From NCBI GenBank assembly GCA_018304385.1, contig JAGVWJ010000016.1, positions 1-41,015 of the forward strand: a DNA stretch of 41,015 nucleotides. Reading direction: 5' to 3'. Position numbers and translations under genes: made by a program. The notes beneath the pieces were generated by a model. The model was not told the origin of the DNA, searched no databases, and was given only the letters and a program-made list of their open reading frames with translations. Below are positions 1 to 8,504 of this stretch, piece after piece. This stretch comes from Candidatus Micrarchaeota archaeon. GTDB taxonomy: Archaea; Micrarchaeota; Micrarchaeia; Anstonellales; Bilamarchaeaceae. The stretch's first letter is position 1. Every line of letters starts with the position of its first letter.

Positions 1-255
1 TTAGACGAATTTAAAATTCATTTTGAAAATGGAAGATTGATAACGAAAAAACTTGGCGAATTATCTGGCGTAGAAATAGAGAGCAATGCGCATAGCGCAT
101 TAATTGAAGAAACAAAGAAAAATGGCGCTTTTGTCGCTAAGTTGCCAGGTGCAGGTGGTGGTGATAGCATAGTAGCATTATGTTTAACCGTTCGCGAAGC
201 TAACAAAGTTAAACGATTCTGGAAGAAAAGGGGATTGAATATTTTAAGAATTTAG
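1..255 (+). CDS. GHMP kinase C-terminus, probably phosphomevalonate/mevalonate kinase (5'-truncated by window)
   Basis: Frame 1 is open from base 1. AKLPGAGGGDSIVAL matches the GHMP C-terminal Gly loop (GAGGGD). Confidence 0.75.
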   Translation, partial: LDEFKIHFENGRLITKKLGELSGVEIESNAHSALIEETKKNGAFVAKLPGAGGGDSIVALCLTVREANKVKRFWKKRGLNILRI

Positions 256-1335
256 TCTTTCATTACCTTTCCTTATTACTTCTTTAACTTCTGGTAAATT
301 TTTATCAATGCTAGCTTTATCTATCTCTAAAAGAATCGCCCTAACATCTTTGTTTAATTTTTTATCCCAGTACGCCATTCTAAAAAAGTATTCTAATCCA
401 GAGGCACATCCTTTTCTAATGTTCTCATCTTTATTTTTCAAAAACTCTACGCATTTGCTCCACTGTTTATTATTTCCGTAGTAAATTGTTAATGCACCAG
501 CAACATGCGTTCTAACATTATCATTTTTATCATCCAAAATCTTGGTTAAATCAGAAACTGGCAATTCTATTTTTCTTATAGCAGCATGTTCTAATGCTTC
601 TGCAGTATTCTCTTTAACAGATTCATTAGAATCTCCTAAGGCACTGGTAAGAGCTGATATTAGTTCTTTTATATCATATTCTTCAAAGAATGCAAAATGT
701 GCTACAGATTCAGCAGCATCCAATCTAATCGTATCATCTTTATTTTTTAGTTCACTAGTAATCCTTTTTACATCAAAACCTCTACAAACCCAAATTGCAA
801 TCTTAACCTCTCTAATATTCCTGTCTAAGTTAGCTCTTTTTATCTCATCTAAAACTAATTTGGAGTTCTCTTTACTCTTTTTTGCGAATAGTCCTAAAAT
901 AGTTGATGTATCAACTCTAACAACATCATCTTCATCTGCTAGTTTTTTAATAACTAAAGACAGACTTTCTGGATCGCTCTCAAATTTTGTTTCTAAAGCG
1001 TGAATCGTGCCTAATTTAACACTCCTGCTTTCGCTGTTTAGTAATCCAGATATTTTTTTCTTATCATTTGTATTCTTGTAGTAAAACGCTTCGGTTTCTG
1101 CAATTGTGCTATCGACAGGGCAACCATGATCGCATCCATGATTATCCTTAGCTTTATTTAGAGCAGATAAAGCTGAAGAAATATCTCCACCAGATTTTGC
1201 AATTTCTAAAATATCCCAAACAATTGGTTGCACTCCGCCGATATATCCGCCATCTTTAATTGCTTCTTCAAGTTGGTCTATCAATTTTTTCAAATCTTTC
1301 ATAATTATTAATCCCAAGATAATCTTATATAACAT
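244..1335 (-). CDS. HEAT/PBS-lyase-like repeat protein
   Basis: 363 aa with repeated 'L.D.D..VR..AA.AL' units (LADEDDVVR, LKNKDDTIRLDAA, LGDSNESVKENTAEAL, LDDKNDNVR). Confidence 0.75.
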   Translation of the reverse strand: MLYKIILGLIIMKDLKKLIDQLEEAIKDGGYIGGVQPIVWDILEIAKSGGDISSALSALNKAKDNHGCDHGCPVDSTIAETEAFYYKNTNDKKKISGLLNSESRSVKLGTIHALETKFESDPESLSLVIKKLADEDDVVRVDTSTILGLFAKKSKENSKLVLDEIKRANLDRNIREVKIAIWVCRGFDVKRITSELKNKDDTIRLDAAESVAHFAFFEEYDIKELISALTSALGDSNESVKENTAEALEHAAIRKIELPVSDLTKILDDKNDNVRTHVAGALTIYYGNNKQWSKCVEFLKNKDENIRKGCASGLEYFFRMAYWDKKLNKDVRAILLEIDKASIDKNLPEVKEVIRKGNERLNS

Positions 1336-1352
1336 TCTTCATTAATCATATT

Positions 1353-1733
1353 ATGACAACCTACCAAAAAGGTTCCCGTGCTGAACGTGAGCTGATCGAA
1401 TATTTCTCTAACAAAGGTTATAGTGTGATTCGGGCAGCAGGCAGCGGCGTCAGCTCGCTTTCTCCAGACATTCTAGTTTTTAAAAGAGGTTTGCAGTTTG
1501 CAATAGAAAGCAAAGCGCATGAAAAAACAAGCTTGCAAATACCTAAGGATCAGTTTGAAGGATTAAGGAAATGGGAAGAGAACACAGGTATTAACTCTTT
1601 AATCGCGTGGCGCCGTAATCGCAAAGGATGGAGGTTTGTTCCTCTAACTTTGTTTGAAGAGAATACTAGCAGCTATTCTTTCTCTTGGGAAAAGGCAGAA
1701 ATGATTGGGAAGAAGTTAGAGGAGTTTATTTAA
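1353..1733 (+). CDS. hjc: Archaeal Holliday junction resolvase
   Basis: KGSRAERELIEYF...VIRAAGSG...PDILV...AIESK is the Hjc PD-(D/E)xK signature; 126 aa. Confidence 0.92.
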   Translation: MTTYQKGSRAERELIEYFSNKGYSVIRAAGSGVSSLSPDILVFKRGLQFAIESKAHEKTSLQIPKDQFEGLRKWEENTGINSLIAWRRNRKGWRFVPLTLFEENTSSYSFSWEKAEMIGKKLEEFI

Positions 1734-1756
1734 ATTGTTCTAAATATACTAATTTT

Positions 1757-2614
1757 ATGGTACTTGTTCATGCAGTTAATGCATTTGCAAAAAAGAGAAA
1801 CGGTGGGAATTCTGCAGGTGTATGCTTAGATGCAGATAGGCTTAATATACAGGAGATGCAACGAATCGCTGCAAGGGTTGGGTTTTCAGAAACTGCATTC
1901 GTACAAAAATCAGATAGAGCTGATTTTAAGGTTAGATTTTTCACCCCAGTAAACGAGGTTGCGCTTTGCGGCCATGCAACTATAGCGACATTCTATTTGC
2001 TTGCAAGCCTTGGTAGAATAGGCAAAGGAAGACACACACAAGAGACAAAGGCAGGGGTATTAGACATTGAAATTGCAGATGATAATCTAATATTCATGAA
2101 CCAAAACCCCCCTCAATTTCTTGGAACTGTTGATAAAGAAGAAATAATCAGATGCTTTGCCAACCTTCGATCAGGAGATATATCAATGCTTCCTATAGAA
2201 ATTGTATCAACAGGCTTGCCAGTAATGCTTGTTCCAGTTGTTTCTCTTAGAAGATTGCTTACTCTTGTACCAGATTTTCGTAAGATTACAGAGATAACTG
2301 AGCGTTATGGGCGTACTCTGATGTATGTTTTTACTATGCAAACAGAACTAAAAGGATCAACCGCGCATGGCCGTATGTTCGCTCCTTCACATGGAATACC
2401 TGAAGAATCTGCAACAGGTATGGCTAATGGCGCATTAGAATGTTATTTATTTAAACATAGCCTAACTAGTGATCCACTAAATCTAGTATTTGAACAAGGT
2501 TACTCGCTTGCTCGACCATCTGAAATTCTAGGTCGGCTTATTGTAGAAGCTGGCGAAATAAAACAAGTAATAATTGGCGGAAGAGCAATAGTTGCTGGAC
2601 AGATTGAGGTATAG
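1757..2614 (+). CDS. PhzF family isomerase/epimerase
   Basis: VNAF..GGNSAGV, GFSETAFV, RFFTPVNEVALCGHATIA, EESATGMANG. Start set at ATG 1757 rather than the track's 1685. Confidence 0.9.
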   Translation: MVLVHAVNAFAKKRNGGNSAGVCLDADRLNIQEMQRIAARVGFSETAFVQKSDRADFKVRFFTPVNEVALCGHATIATFYLLASLGRIGKGRHTQETKAGVLDIEIADDNLIFMNQNPPQFLGTVDKEEIIRCFANLRSGDISMLPIEIVSTGLPVMLVPVVSLRRLLTLVPDFRKITEITERYGRTLMYVFTMQTELKGSTAHGRMFAPSHGIPEESATGMANGALECYLFKHSLTSDPLNLVFEQGYSLARPSEILGRLIVEAGEIKQVIIGGRAIVAGQIEV

Positions 2615-2628
2615 CTAGGTTGAAAATA

Positions 2629-3180
2629 TTAAGCTACCTTTTCTGATTTAAATGTACCAAGAAATATACTCATAAACCAAAGAAATATTGAGTTTACTAT
2701 AATAAATCCAAGTACGCCTTCTAATAATCTTAGATAAAAAGCAACTAGTATAACTATCCCAATAATCTCTCCTAAAAGCAATGAAACTTGTTTCTTACGT
2801 TCTTCATTCGTGGTATTTGTGAATCTAAGGTAAAGATGTATAAACCCAAAGCTTAGGATAATTAATAATATTGATGCTATTTCTTCAGCTTTTTTAAATA
2901 CTGTTTTTAATGTTTCTATATTAAAATTTTGGGCTATCCTAGATAAAATTACAATAAGTATATATACAGGTGTTCCATATATCAAGATGAAGATCATTAT
3001 TGTAATCTCCAAACCAAATAACTTTACTTTTGTTATGCTATTTAGATATTCAAGGTCATCTTTAGTTAGCATAATACTACCAATCATCATTAGTAACAGA
3101 ATAGTAAGCATTGTGAGTACTGGGCCTTTTGTTTTTTGCTTTAGTATTTCAATTTTTTCTCTTTCTATCATTTCAACCAT
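2629..3180 (-). CDS. Hypothetical multi-pass membrane protein
   Basis: About five hydrophobic segments; overlaps the kae1 stop by 8 nt, suggesting an operon. Confidence 0.65.
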   Translation of the reverse strand: MVEMIEREKIEILKQKTKGPVLTMLTILLLMMIGSIMLTKDDLEYLNSITKVKLFGLEITIMIFILIYGTPVYILIVILSRIAQNFNIETLKTVFKKAEEIASILLIILSFGFIHLYLRFTNTTNEERKKQVSLLLGEIIGIVILVAFYLRLLEGVLGFIIVNSIFLWFMSIFLGTFKSEKVA

Positions 3181-4147
3181 ATATTTCCCTCATCCTATCA
3201 ATCCTATAATTAGTTATCGGCTTCCAATAATCCAAAGGCTTAGCTCCAAATTTCTTATAAAACACTTCACCAGCATAAGCAATCATCGCCCCATTGTCTC
3301 GATTAAATTCATCTGGAGCAACACCAAATTTAACATTATCCTCTTTACACATTATGCGAAGCATTTCCTGTAATCTTTTATTCTGTGCAACGCCCCCGCA
3401 AACAATTATCGCTTTCCTTTTTGTTAAAAATAACGCGCGTTCAAGCGCTTCGCAACTCATTGCAAAACTCGTTTCCATTAAAGAATAAGCTAAATCTTCT
3501 ATCTTTGCCCCATTTTTGTGCAATTTTTCCGTCTGAGTAAGCAGTCCAGAAAATACTAGATTCATTCCTTTAACTGTATAAGGCAATTCAATATATTTTC
3601 CATTTTTCGCAAGTTGCTCAAGCACTGATCCGTGCGCATATTCTAATCCAATCGCGCGTCCAAACGTATCAAATAAATTTCCAATACCAATATCCAGCGT
3701 TTCGCCTAATACATGATACCATTCCTTATCTTTAATTAAAATTTGTGAATTCCCACCGCTAACATATAGCACTAAAGCATCTCGCAAACTAGTTAAATGC
3801 TCAGTTATCTTTACGTGTGCGTAAGGATGGTTTACTCCAATTATTTTCTTATTAAATTTTGCAGCAAGGTATTTTGCACCCGCAATGCCAACTGCAAGCG
3901 GTGCACCAATACCCGGCCCTTGAGAAAAAGCAATCAAATCAATATCTCTCATTTCTAGTTTCGCTTTATCTAAATTTTCCTTTAGCACGCGCGCAAAAAC
4001 CTCAGCATGATGATCTGCTGCCTTTCTTGGTAGAATCCCTTCATTAATTGGTCTATATATATCATGAATATTACTAAGTATTTTATCATCTTCTACGATT
4101 CCAACGCCCAATGTGTGCGCGGTGAATTCGAAACCAATTGTTATCAT
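3173..4147 (-). CDS. kae1: tRNA N6-threonylcarbamoyladenosine synthase Kae1 (stand-alone, not fused to Bud32)
   Basis: GFEFTAHTLGVG, AADHH, FSQGPG, VNHPYAH, LYVSGGNSQ, ETLDIGIGNLFD, GGVAQN, DNGAMIA. Confidence 0.95.
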   Translation of the reverse strand: MITIGFEFTAHTLGVGIVEDDKILSNIHDIYRPINEGILPRKAADHHAEVFARVLKENLDKAKLEMRDIDLIAFSQGPGIGAPLAVGIAGAKYLAAKFNKKIIGVNHPYAHVKITEHLTSLRDALVLYVSGGNSQILIKDKEWYHVLGETLDIGIGNLFDTFGRAIGLEYAHGSVLEQLAKNGKYIELPYTVKGMNLVFSGLLTQTEKLHKNGAKIEDLAYSLMETSFAMSCEALERALFLTKRKAIIVCGGVAQNKRLQEMLRIMCKEDNVKFGVAPDEFNRDNGAMIAYAGEVFYKKFGAKPLDYWKPITNYRIDRMREIYG

Positions 4148-4771
4148 TTACATCCCAGTGCTTATCAAGACCGATAGCGCATTAGATATCATATGCGCAA
4201 TTATACCAGGTAGTACGCTATTAGATTTTTTATAGATGTAACCTAGAATTATTCCAACGAAGAAAGTCAATAATATCTGGATATAAGACCCATATCCAAT
4301 ATGCACCAATCCAAATAGTACTGCAGGCGCAACAATACCAATCGTAGTTCCAAATCTTTTAGATAATGCGCCTACCAGCAGCGCACGAAAGAAAAGCTCT
4401 TCGCTAATTGGTGCAAAAAACACTGCAAATATCAATACGTATGCTGGAAGCTGCTTAATTAAGTCATAGACCTGTTTTATATCCTCTTCTGCAGAAGGCG
4501 ATGACAATACAATACCTGTTAAAATCTGGGTAACTACTATCGCAGTTAGCCCAATAATCGCGTATATTATATTTTTCTTAGTATCCCCAGGTATTCCTAT
4601 CTTTTTTAGAGTAAAAGAGAGAGTTTTCTCATATAGAAAAAACATGGCTACAAAAAAAATAACAAAATGAGGTCCTAATATAAATATCGCTACGTTTCCG
4701 AGTATGCTAAGAATTCCAGCAGTAATTAAGATTATGAAAATAAATAAAAAGAACTTCTTTTCTTGGCTCAT
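4148..4771 (-). CDS. CPBP (CAAX protease-like) intramembrane glutamic endopeptidase
   Basis: APISEELFFRA, FGLVH, SVLPGIIAHMISN motifs in a polytopic membrane protein. Confidence 0.9.
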   Translation of the reverse strand: MSQEKKFFLFIFIILITAGILSILGNVAIFILGPHFVIFFVAMFFLYEKTLSFTLKKIGIPGDTKKNIIYAIIGLTAIVVTQILTGIVLSSPSAEEDIKQVYDLIKQLPAYVLIFAVFFAPISEELFFRALLVGALSKRFGTTIGIVAPAVLFGLVHIGYGSYIQILLTFFVGIILGYIYKKSNSVLPGIIAHMISNALSVLISTGM

Positions 4772-4804
4772 TGAACACGCTCCAGTTTTAGTTGCGCGGC
4801 CAAT

Positions 4805-4987
4805 TCACTTTTTCTCAAAATATCCACACTTTCCGCATGATCTGCGGTTTGCATGTTCAGCTAATCTTACACCAGTTCCGCATTTTGGACAATTTTTTCC
4901 TGGTTTATTATAAGGTTTAGTAATTCTTTCTTTTTTTACTGGCTTTCCAGCAGGTTTTGCATCTTTCTTTTTATCTTCAGGTGGCAT
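4805..4987 (-). CDS. rps27ae: 30S ribosomal protein S27ae
   Basis: CPKCG...[15 protein letters not shown] zinc ribbon; lies next to S24e. Confidence 0.95.
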   Translation of the reverse strand: MPPEDKKKDAKPAGKPVKKERITKPYNKPGKNCPKCGTGVRLAEHANRRSCGKCGYFEKK

Positions 4988-4993
4988 ATTTTA

Positions 4994-5338
4994 TCACTTT
5001 GGTTCTTTCTTCTTTACTGTAGTTTTCTTTTCCTTTTTCTTCTTCTCTTTCTTTTGTGCTAGCCCATCTCTTACTAATATGTAGTATGGTTCAGTTTTCT
5101 TTAGTTTTTCTGCATCGTTATAAACATGAGCAAGAACTCTAATCTGTTTTTGTCCAAATTCATTTACTACCTCTCTTAATACTACATTTGCTGGATCAGC
5201 AGCAAGTTTTCCACCAATTCCTTCTCGTATCTCTTTTCGATTTGGCGTTTGAGCTGAAAATCCAACAAGTGCGTTTACCTCTTGTCTATCTAGTAGTTTA
5301 TTATCATTTTTTGATTTTATTTCAATATCAAGTGTCAT
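4994..5338 (-). CDS. rps24e: 30S ribosomal protein S24e
   Basis: NKLLDRQEV...TPNRKEIR...FGQ..AHVY. ATG at 5338 is preceded by AGGAGA. Confidence 0.92.
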   Translation of the reverse strand: MTLDIEIKSKNDNKLLDRQEVNALVGFSAQTPNRKEIREGIGGKLAADPANVVLREVVNEFGQKQIRVLAHVYNDAEKLKKTEPYYILVRDGLAQKKEKKKKEKKTTVKKKEPK

Positions 5339-5359
5339 AATATCTCCTGCCTTTAGCAA

Positions 5360-5752
5360 TTATCGTAATCTTTCTATCCTTCTCTTCCCCATAGCTGATA
5401 TAATCTCTGCTTCTTTGCCTGATGCTATCTGATCCTTCAGTTCCTCTGGTACTTCAATATCATACATTTCATATGTTTGTGAGTCCATAACCTGTGCAGT
5501 ATTTCCACTTACAGACATTACCTGCACGCTTTTTCTTTCGATTATAGGAACTTCAACATCCGCATCCCCTGGCGTTAGCATTGTTTTCTTTGCTCCGCCA
5601 AATACCCCAATTCCAGTAATACGCATCTTGGCTGCGCCATGCTTACCTGATTTTGATTTTTCTATTTCCATGATACGGCAAGGGATATCATCTATTAGTA
5701 GATAGTTTCCTTCTCTTAGATCTTTAGCTGTAGTAAAAATTTTATCACTCAA
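5360..5752 (-). CDS. eif5a: Translation factor aIF5A
   Basis: Hypusination motif KSGKHGAAK. TTG start with GGTGA 4 nt upstream. Confidence 0.95.
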   Translation of the reverse strand: MSDKIFTTAKDLREGNYLLIDDIPCRIMEIEKSKSGKHGAAKMRITGIGVFGGAKKTMLTPGDADVEVPIIERKSVQVMSVSGNTAQVMDSQTYEMYDIEVPEELKDQIASGKEAEIISAMGKRRIERLR

Positions 5753-5821
5753 GTTATCACCAAAATTAAATTAGGCAATTAGATATTTGGATTATAAATG
5801 ATTACCTTTTTAAATATCTCT

Positions 5822-6520
5822 ATGCTCGTAGACGCACACTGTCATTTAGATTCCATTAAAGAGTATAAGCTAAGTGATGAGGTTTTACCGGTTACAGTGG
5901 GTTATTCACATTCATCTAATATAAAAACTCTTGAAATCGCAAAGCGATTAAGGATTCCGTTTGTGCTTGGCATATCTCCTCAAGCAGCGCAAAAAGAGGG
6001 TTTGGTTAAATTGGATGAATGGACAGAATGGATAAAAAATACAAGGCCAAACGCTATTGGTGAAATTGGATTGGATTACCATTGGGCTAAAAATGAAGAA
6101 GATCGAAAAAGACAACACACCACATTTAAAAAAATGCTCGATCTAGCAGAAGAAATGAAATTGCCAATAGTTATTCATGCGCGCGAAACAATAAGCGAGA
6201 TTTTAGATATTTTAAAAGAGCGAAAGTTCCAGCACGGAATAATGATGCATTTTTTTTCTGGAAATGAACGAGAAGCAAAGCGAGCTGTTGAATTAGGCAG
6301 TTATATTTCTATTGTTCCGCTTCATTCAAAAGAACGAAGAAAGGTTATTAACGCTATTGAATTAGAATATCTATTAGTAGAAACAGATGCGCCAGCTATT
6401 GTGCGTTTACCAGAAGATGTTAAGAAATCTGTTGAATATATTAGTGAAGTCAAAGAACTAGATTTTGGTACTGTTGCAACACAAACTGCTAAAAACGCGA
6501 AAAAGTTTTTTAGAATTTAA
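5822..6520 (+). CDS. tatD: TatD family hydrolase/DNase
   Basis: DAHCHL, AIGEIGLDY, VIHAR, MHFFSG, LVETDAP. Start set at ATG 5822. Confidence 0.92.
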   Translation: MLVDAHCHLDSIKEYKLSDEVLPVTVGYSHSSNIKTLEIAKRLRIPFVLGISPQAAQKEGLVKLDEWTEWIKNTRPNAIGEIGLDYHWAKNEEDRKRQHTTFKKMLDLAEEMKLPIVIHARETISEILDILKERKFQHGIMMHFFSGNEREAKRAVELGSYISIVPLHSKERRKVINAIELEYLLVETDAPAIVRLPEDVKKSVEYISEVKELDFGTVATQTAKNAKKFFRI

Positions 6521-6530
6521 AGATGATTTT

Positions 6531-7031
6531 ATGTTCGACTTTATAAAAAATATATTTGGAGGCAATAAACCAGGAATTGCCGTTCTAGTTGATGGTCCAA
6601 ATATTTTACGAAAGGCATTCAACGTTGATTTAAAAGAAATAAAACAAGAGATATCCAAATACGGGGATATTCGCGTTGCTAAGATATACGTTGATCAATA
6701 CGCTGGAGATAAGTTGCTTGAGGCTATAACAAATCAGGGTTTCGAGTCAAAAACTACAACTGGCGATGTTGATGTTACAATGGCAATAGAGGCAATGGAA
6801 TATGTATTAGATCCAAGAATAGATACTATTGCGCTAGTGACAAGGGATACGGATTATCTTCCAGTGCTAGTCAAGGCAAGATACCGTGGAAAGAAAACAA
6901 TGATAGTTGCAACAGATGTAGCATTTAGCGCAGCGCTTAAAAACACTGCGGATATACTAATTATACTAAAAGAAAAGGGAAATGTAGAACATCGTTCTAA
7001 TGGTTCTGGTGACAACAAAGAAAAACTTTGA
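6531..7031 (+). CDS. NYN domain (PIN-like) protein, TIGR00288-like
   Basis: VLVDGPNI, DVDVTMAIEAM, LVTRDTDYLP, GKKT..FSAALKNTAD. Confidence 0.85.
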   Translation: MFDFIKNIFGGNKPGIAVLVDGPNILRKAFNVDLKEIKQEISKYGDIRVAKIYVDQYAGDKLLEAITNQGFESKTTTGDVDVTMAIEAMEYVLDPRIDTIALVTRDTDYLPVLVKARYRGKKTMIVATDVAFSAALKNTADILIILKEKGNVEHRSNGSGDNKEKL

Positions 7032-7073
7032 ACTTTGTTTTTTAAGTAATTTTAAACAAGGGAGGTTGAAAAT

Positions 7074-7298
7074 ATGGCAGAGAAAAGACCGTTTGATATA
7101 TTGAACAGCTCTTTAAACAATACTGTTATTGTAGGTTTAAAGGGAGGAGTAGAATTTCGAGGTTTAATGGTAGCGTATGATGTTCATATGAATATTGTAT
7201 TGGAAAACGCTGAGCAGCTCGCTAATGGCGAAGTGAAAAGAGGCGTTGGAACAATTTTGTTAAGAGGAGATTCAGTTACTTATATTAGTCCTTCTTAA
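7074..7298 (+). CDS. Sm/Lsm RNA-binding protein
   Basis: RPFDIL, GVEFRGLMVAYDVHMNIVL (Sm1), LLRGDSV (Sm2); GGAGG ribosome-binding site. Confidence 0.93.
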   Translation: MAEKRPFDILNSSLNNTVIVGLKGGVEFRGLMVAYDVHMNIVLENAEQLANGEVKRGVGTILLRGDSVTYISPS

Positions 7299-7318
7299 AA
7301 AAACAAGAAAATAAAGCA

Positions 7319-7472
7319 TGGACTCGGAGGGATTGACGACCTTGTCGTCAAATCTTGAACGATTTGTCGTTCAAGGTTATCGCACCCTCGGCCTCCCGCA
7401 CGCCAAGCGGGCGCTATATTAAGCTATCTCATTTTTAAATCTAAAAAGAGATAACTGCTTAGCTACGAGCCC
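7319..7472 (-). tRNA. tRNA-Ala(GGC) with two non-canonical introns (D-loop about 7419-7454; T-loop 59/60 about 7333-7378)
   Basis: Minus strand gives acceptor GGGCTCG/CGAGTCC with G3:U70, D-stem GCTA/TAGC, anticodon arm CCCGC-TTGGCGT-GCGGG and T-stem GAGGG/CCCTC. Removing the 36 nt and 46 nt BHB-like flanked inserts gives a 72-nt tRNA. CCA is not encoded. Exact D-loop junction is uncertain. Confidence 0.88.
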
Positions 7473-7512
7473 ATTTTATTAGATTTATAAAAGAAATGTT
7501 TATAATTAGAGA

Positions 7513-8388
7513 TCAACTTCTATCCAAATACCTAGCAACCTCATTCATAGTTTGCGCAATCACTAAGGCTGGTGCTTGAGCACCTTCCTCTCTAGTTAAT
7601 TTATGTAATGTTTTTTCATCAGCGCCCCTGCTTATATAAATGGAAGGAATTCCAAGTGCACGCGCAACAATTATCTCCAGCCCGTAGCTATCCCCAATAT
7701 AAATTGCTTCATGAGGATCGACTCGTTTTCTTTCTAATAGCCCGACCAGCACCTCAATCAATCCACTAGGCTTTTTACATAATTCATAAATTTTCTCAAA
7801 TTCATTATATACTCCAAGCATTTTCAGAATCTCCTCAGCAGTCTGGATTGTTGAATTTGTAGCAACAACCTTTGGCATTCTTCCTAAAAGCCTTAATACT
7901 TCGTAAACCTCATCATTTATCCCAGGCACCACAATTCCTCTATCTCTTAAGAACTCAATTTTCGCTTCGTGGTATACCCTATCTGCAAGTTTCCCCCCAA
8001 TCCCTGCTTTTATTAATGCTAATTTTATTAAAACTGGCTCATCTTCTATCACACTTAACATTCTAAGGTCTAAACTAGAAGTATCGCTTGTAGTCAATAA
8101 GTCTCCAGTTCTAAAATCTCCGTATGCAACACCAATTATTTGTTCACGTTGCATTTTCATTTTCAAATAAGCAGATTCAAAAGCAGTAAGCGCATCTTTA
8201 TCTAGTGATCTAAATATTTTTCTTAGGAAAATTCTAGTGAGAACACCATTACTTATACCAGGATAAAGCGTTCCATCAACATCAAAAATAGCTAATTTAA
8301 TTTTTTCGAGATGAATCTGTTTGGTTAAAAAGACTCTGCCCCTTATTGGGGTTGTGTGGCGTTCGCTTCGTGCATGGAGCACTTGCAT
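7513..8388 (-). CDS. HAD superfamily hydrolase
   Basis: FDVDGTLY (motif I), VATNS (II), KKP (III), YIGDSYGLE (IV). Start uncertain. Confidence 0.85.
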   Translation of the reverse strand: MQVLHARSERHTTPIRGRVFLTKQIHLEKIKLAIFDVDGTLYPGISNGVLTRIFLRKIFRSLDKDALTAFESAYLKMKMQREQIIGVAYGDFRTGDLLTTSDTSSLDLRMLSVIEDEPVLIKLALIKAGIGGKLADRVYHEAKIEFLRDRGIVVPGINDEVYEVLRLLGRMPKVVATNSTIQTAEEILKMLGVYNEFEKIYELCKKPSGLIEVLVGLLERKRVDPHEAIYIGDSYGLEIIVARALGIPSIYISRGADEKTLHKLTREEGAQAPALVIAQTMNEVARYLDRS

Positions 8389-8433
8389 ATTCTAAATAGA
8401 ATGAAAAAGTTTAAATAGGGATGTAAATTTATC

Positions 8434-8468
8434 TGCTTTCAGCATTGGGTAGTCAGCAATGAGTCAGC
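8434..8468. repeat. Degenerate tandem heptamer array upstream of smc
   Basis: TGCTTTC AGCATTG GGTAGTC AGCAATG AGTCAGC. Positions 8441-8465 match 23631-23655 at 21 of 25 nt. Confidence 0.6.
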
Positions 8469-8504
8469 CGAAATCTTTTTAATACTAAATTCAGAATAGC
8501 TCTT

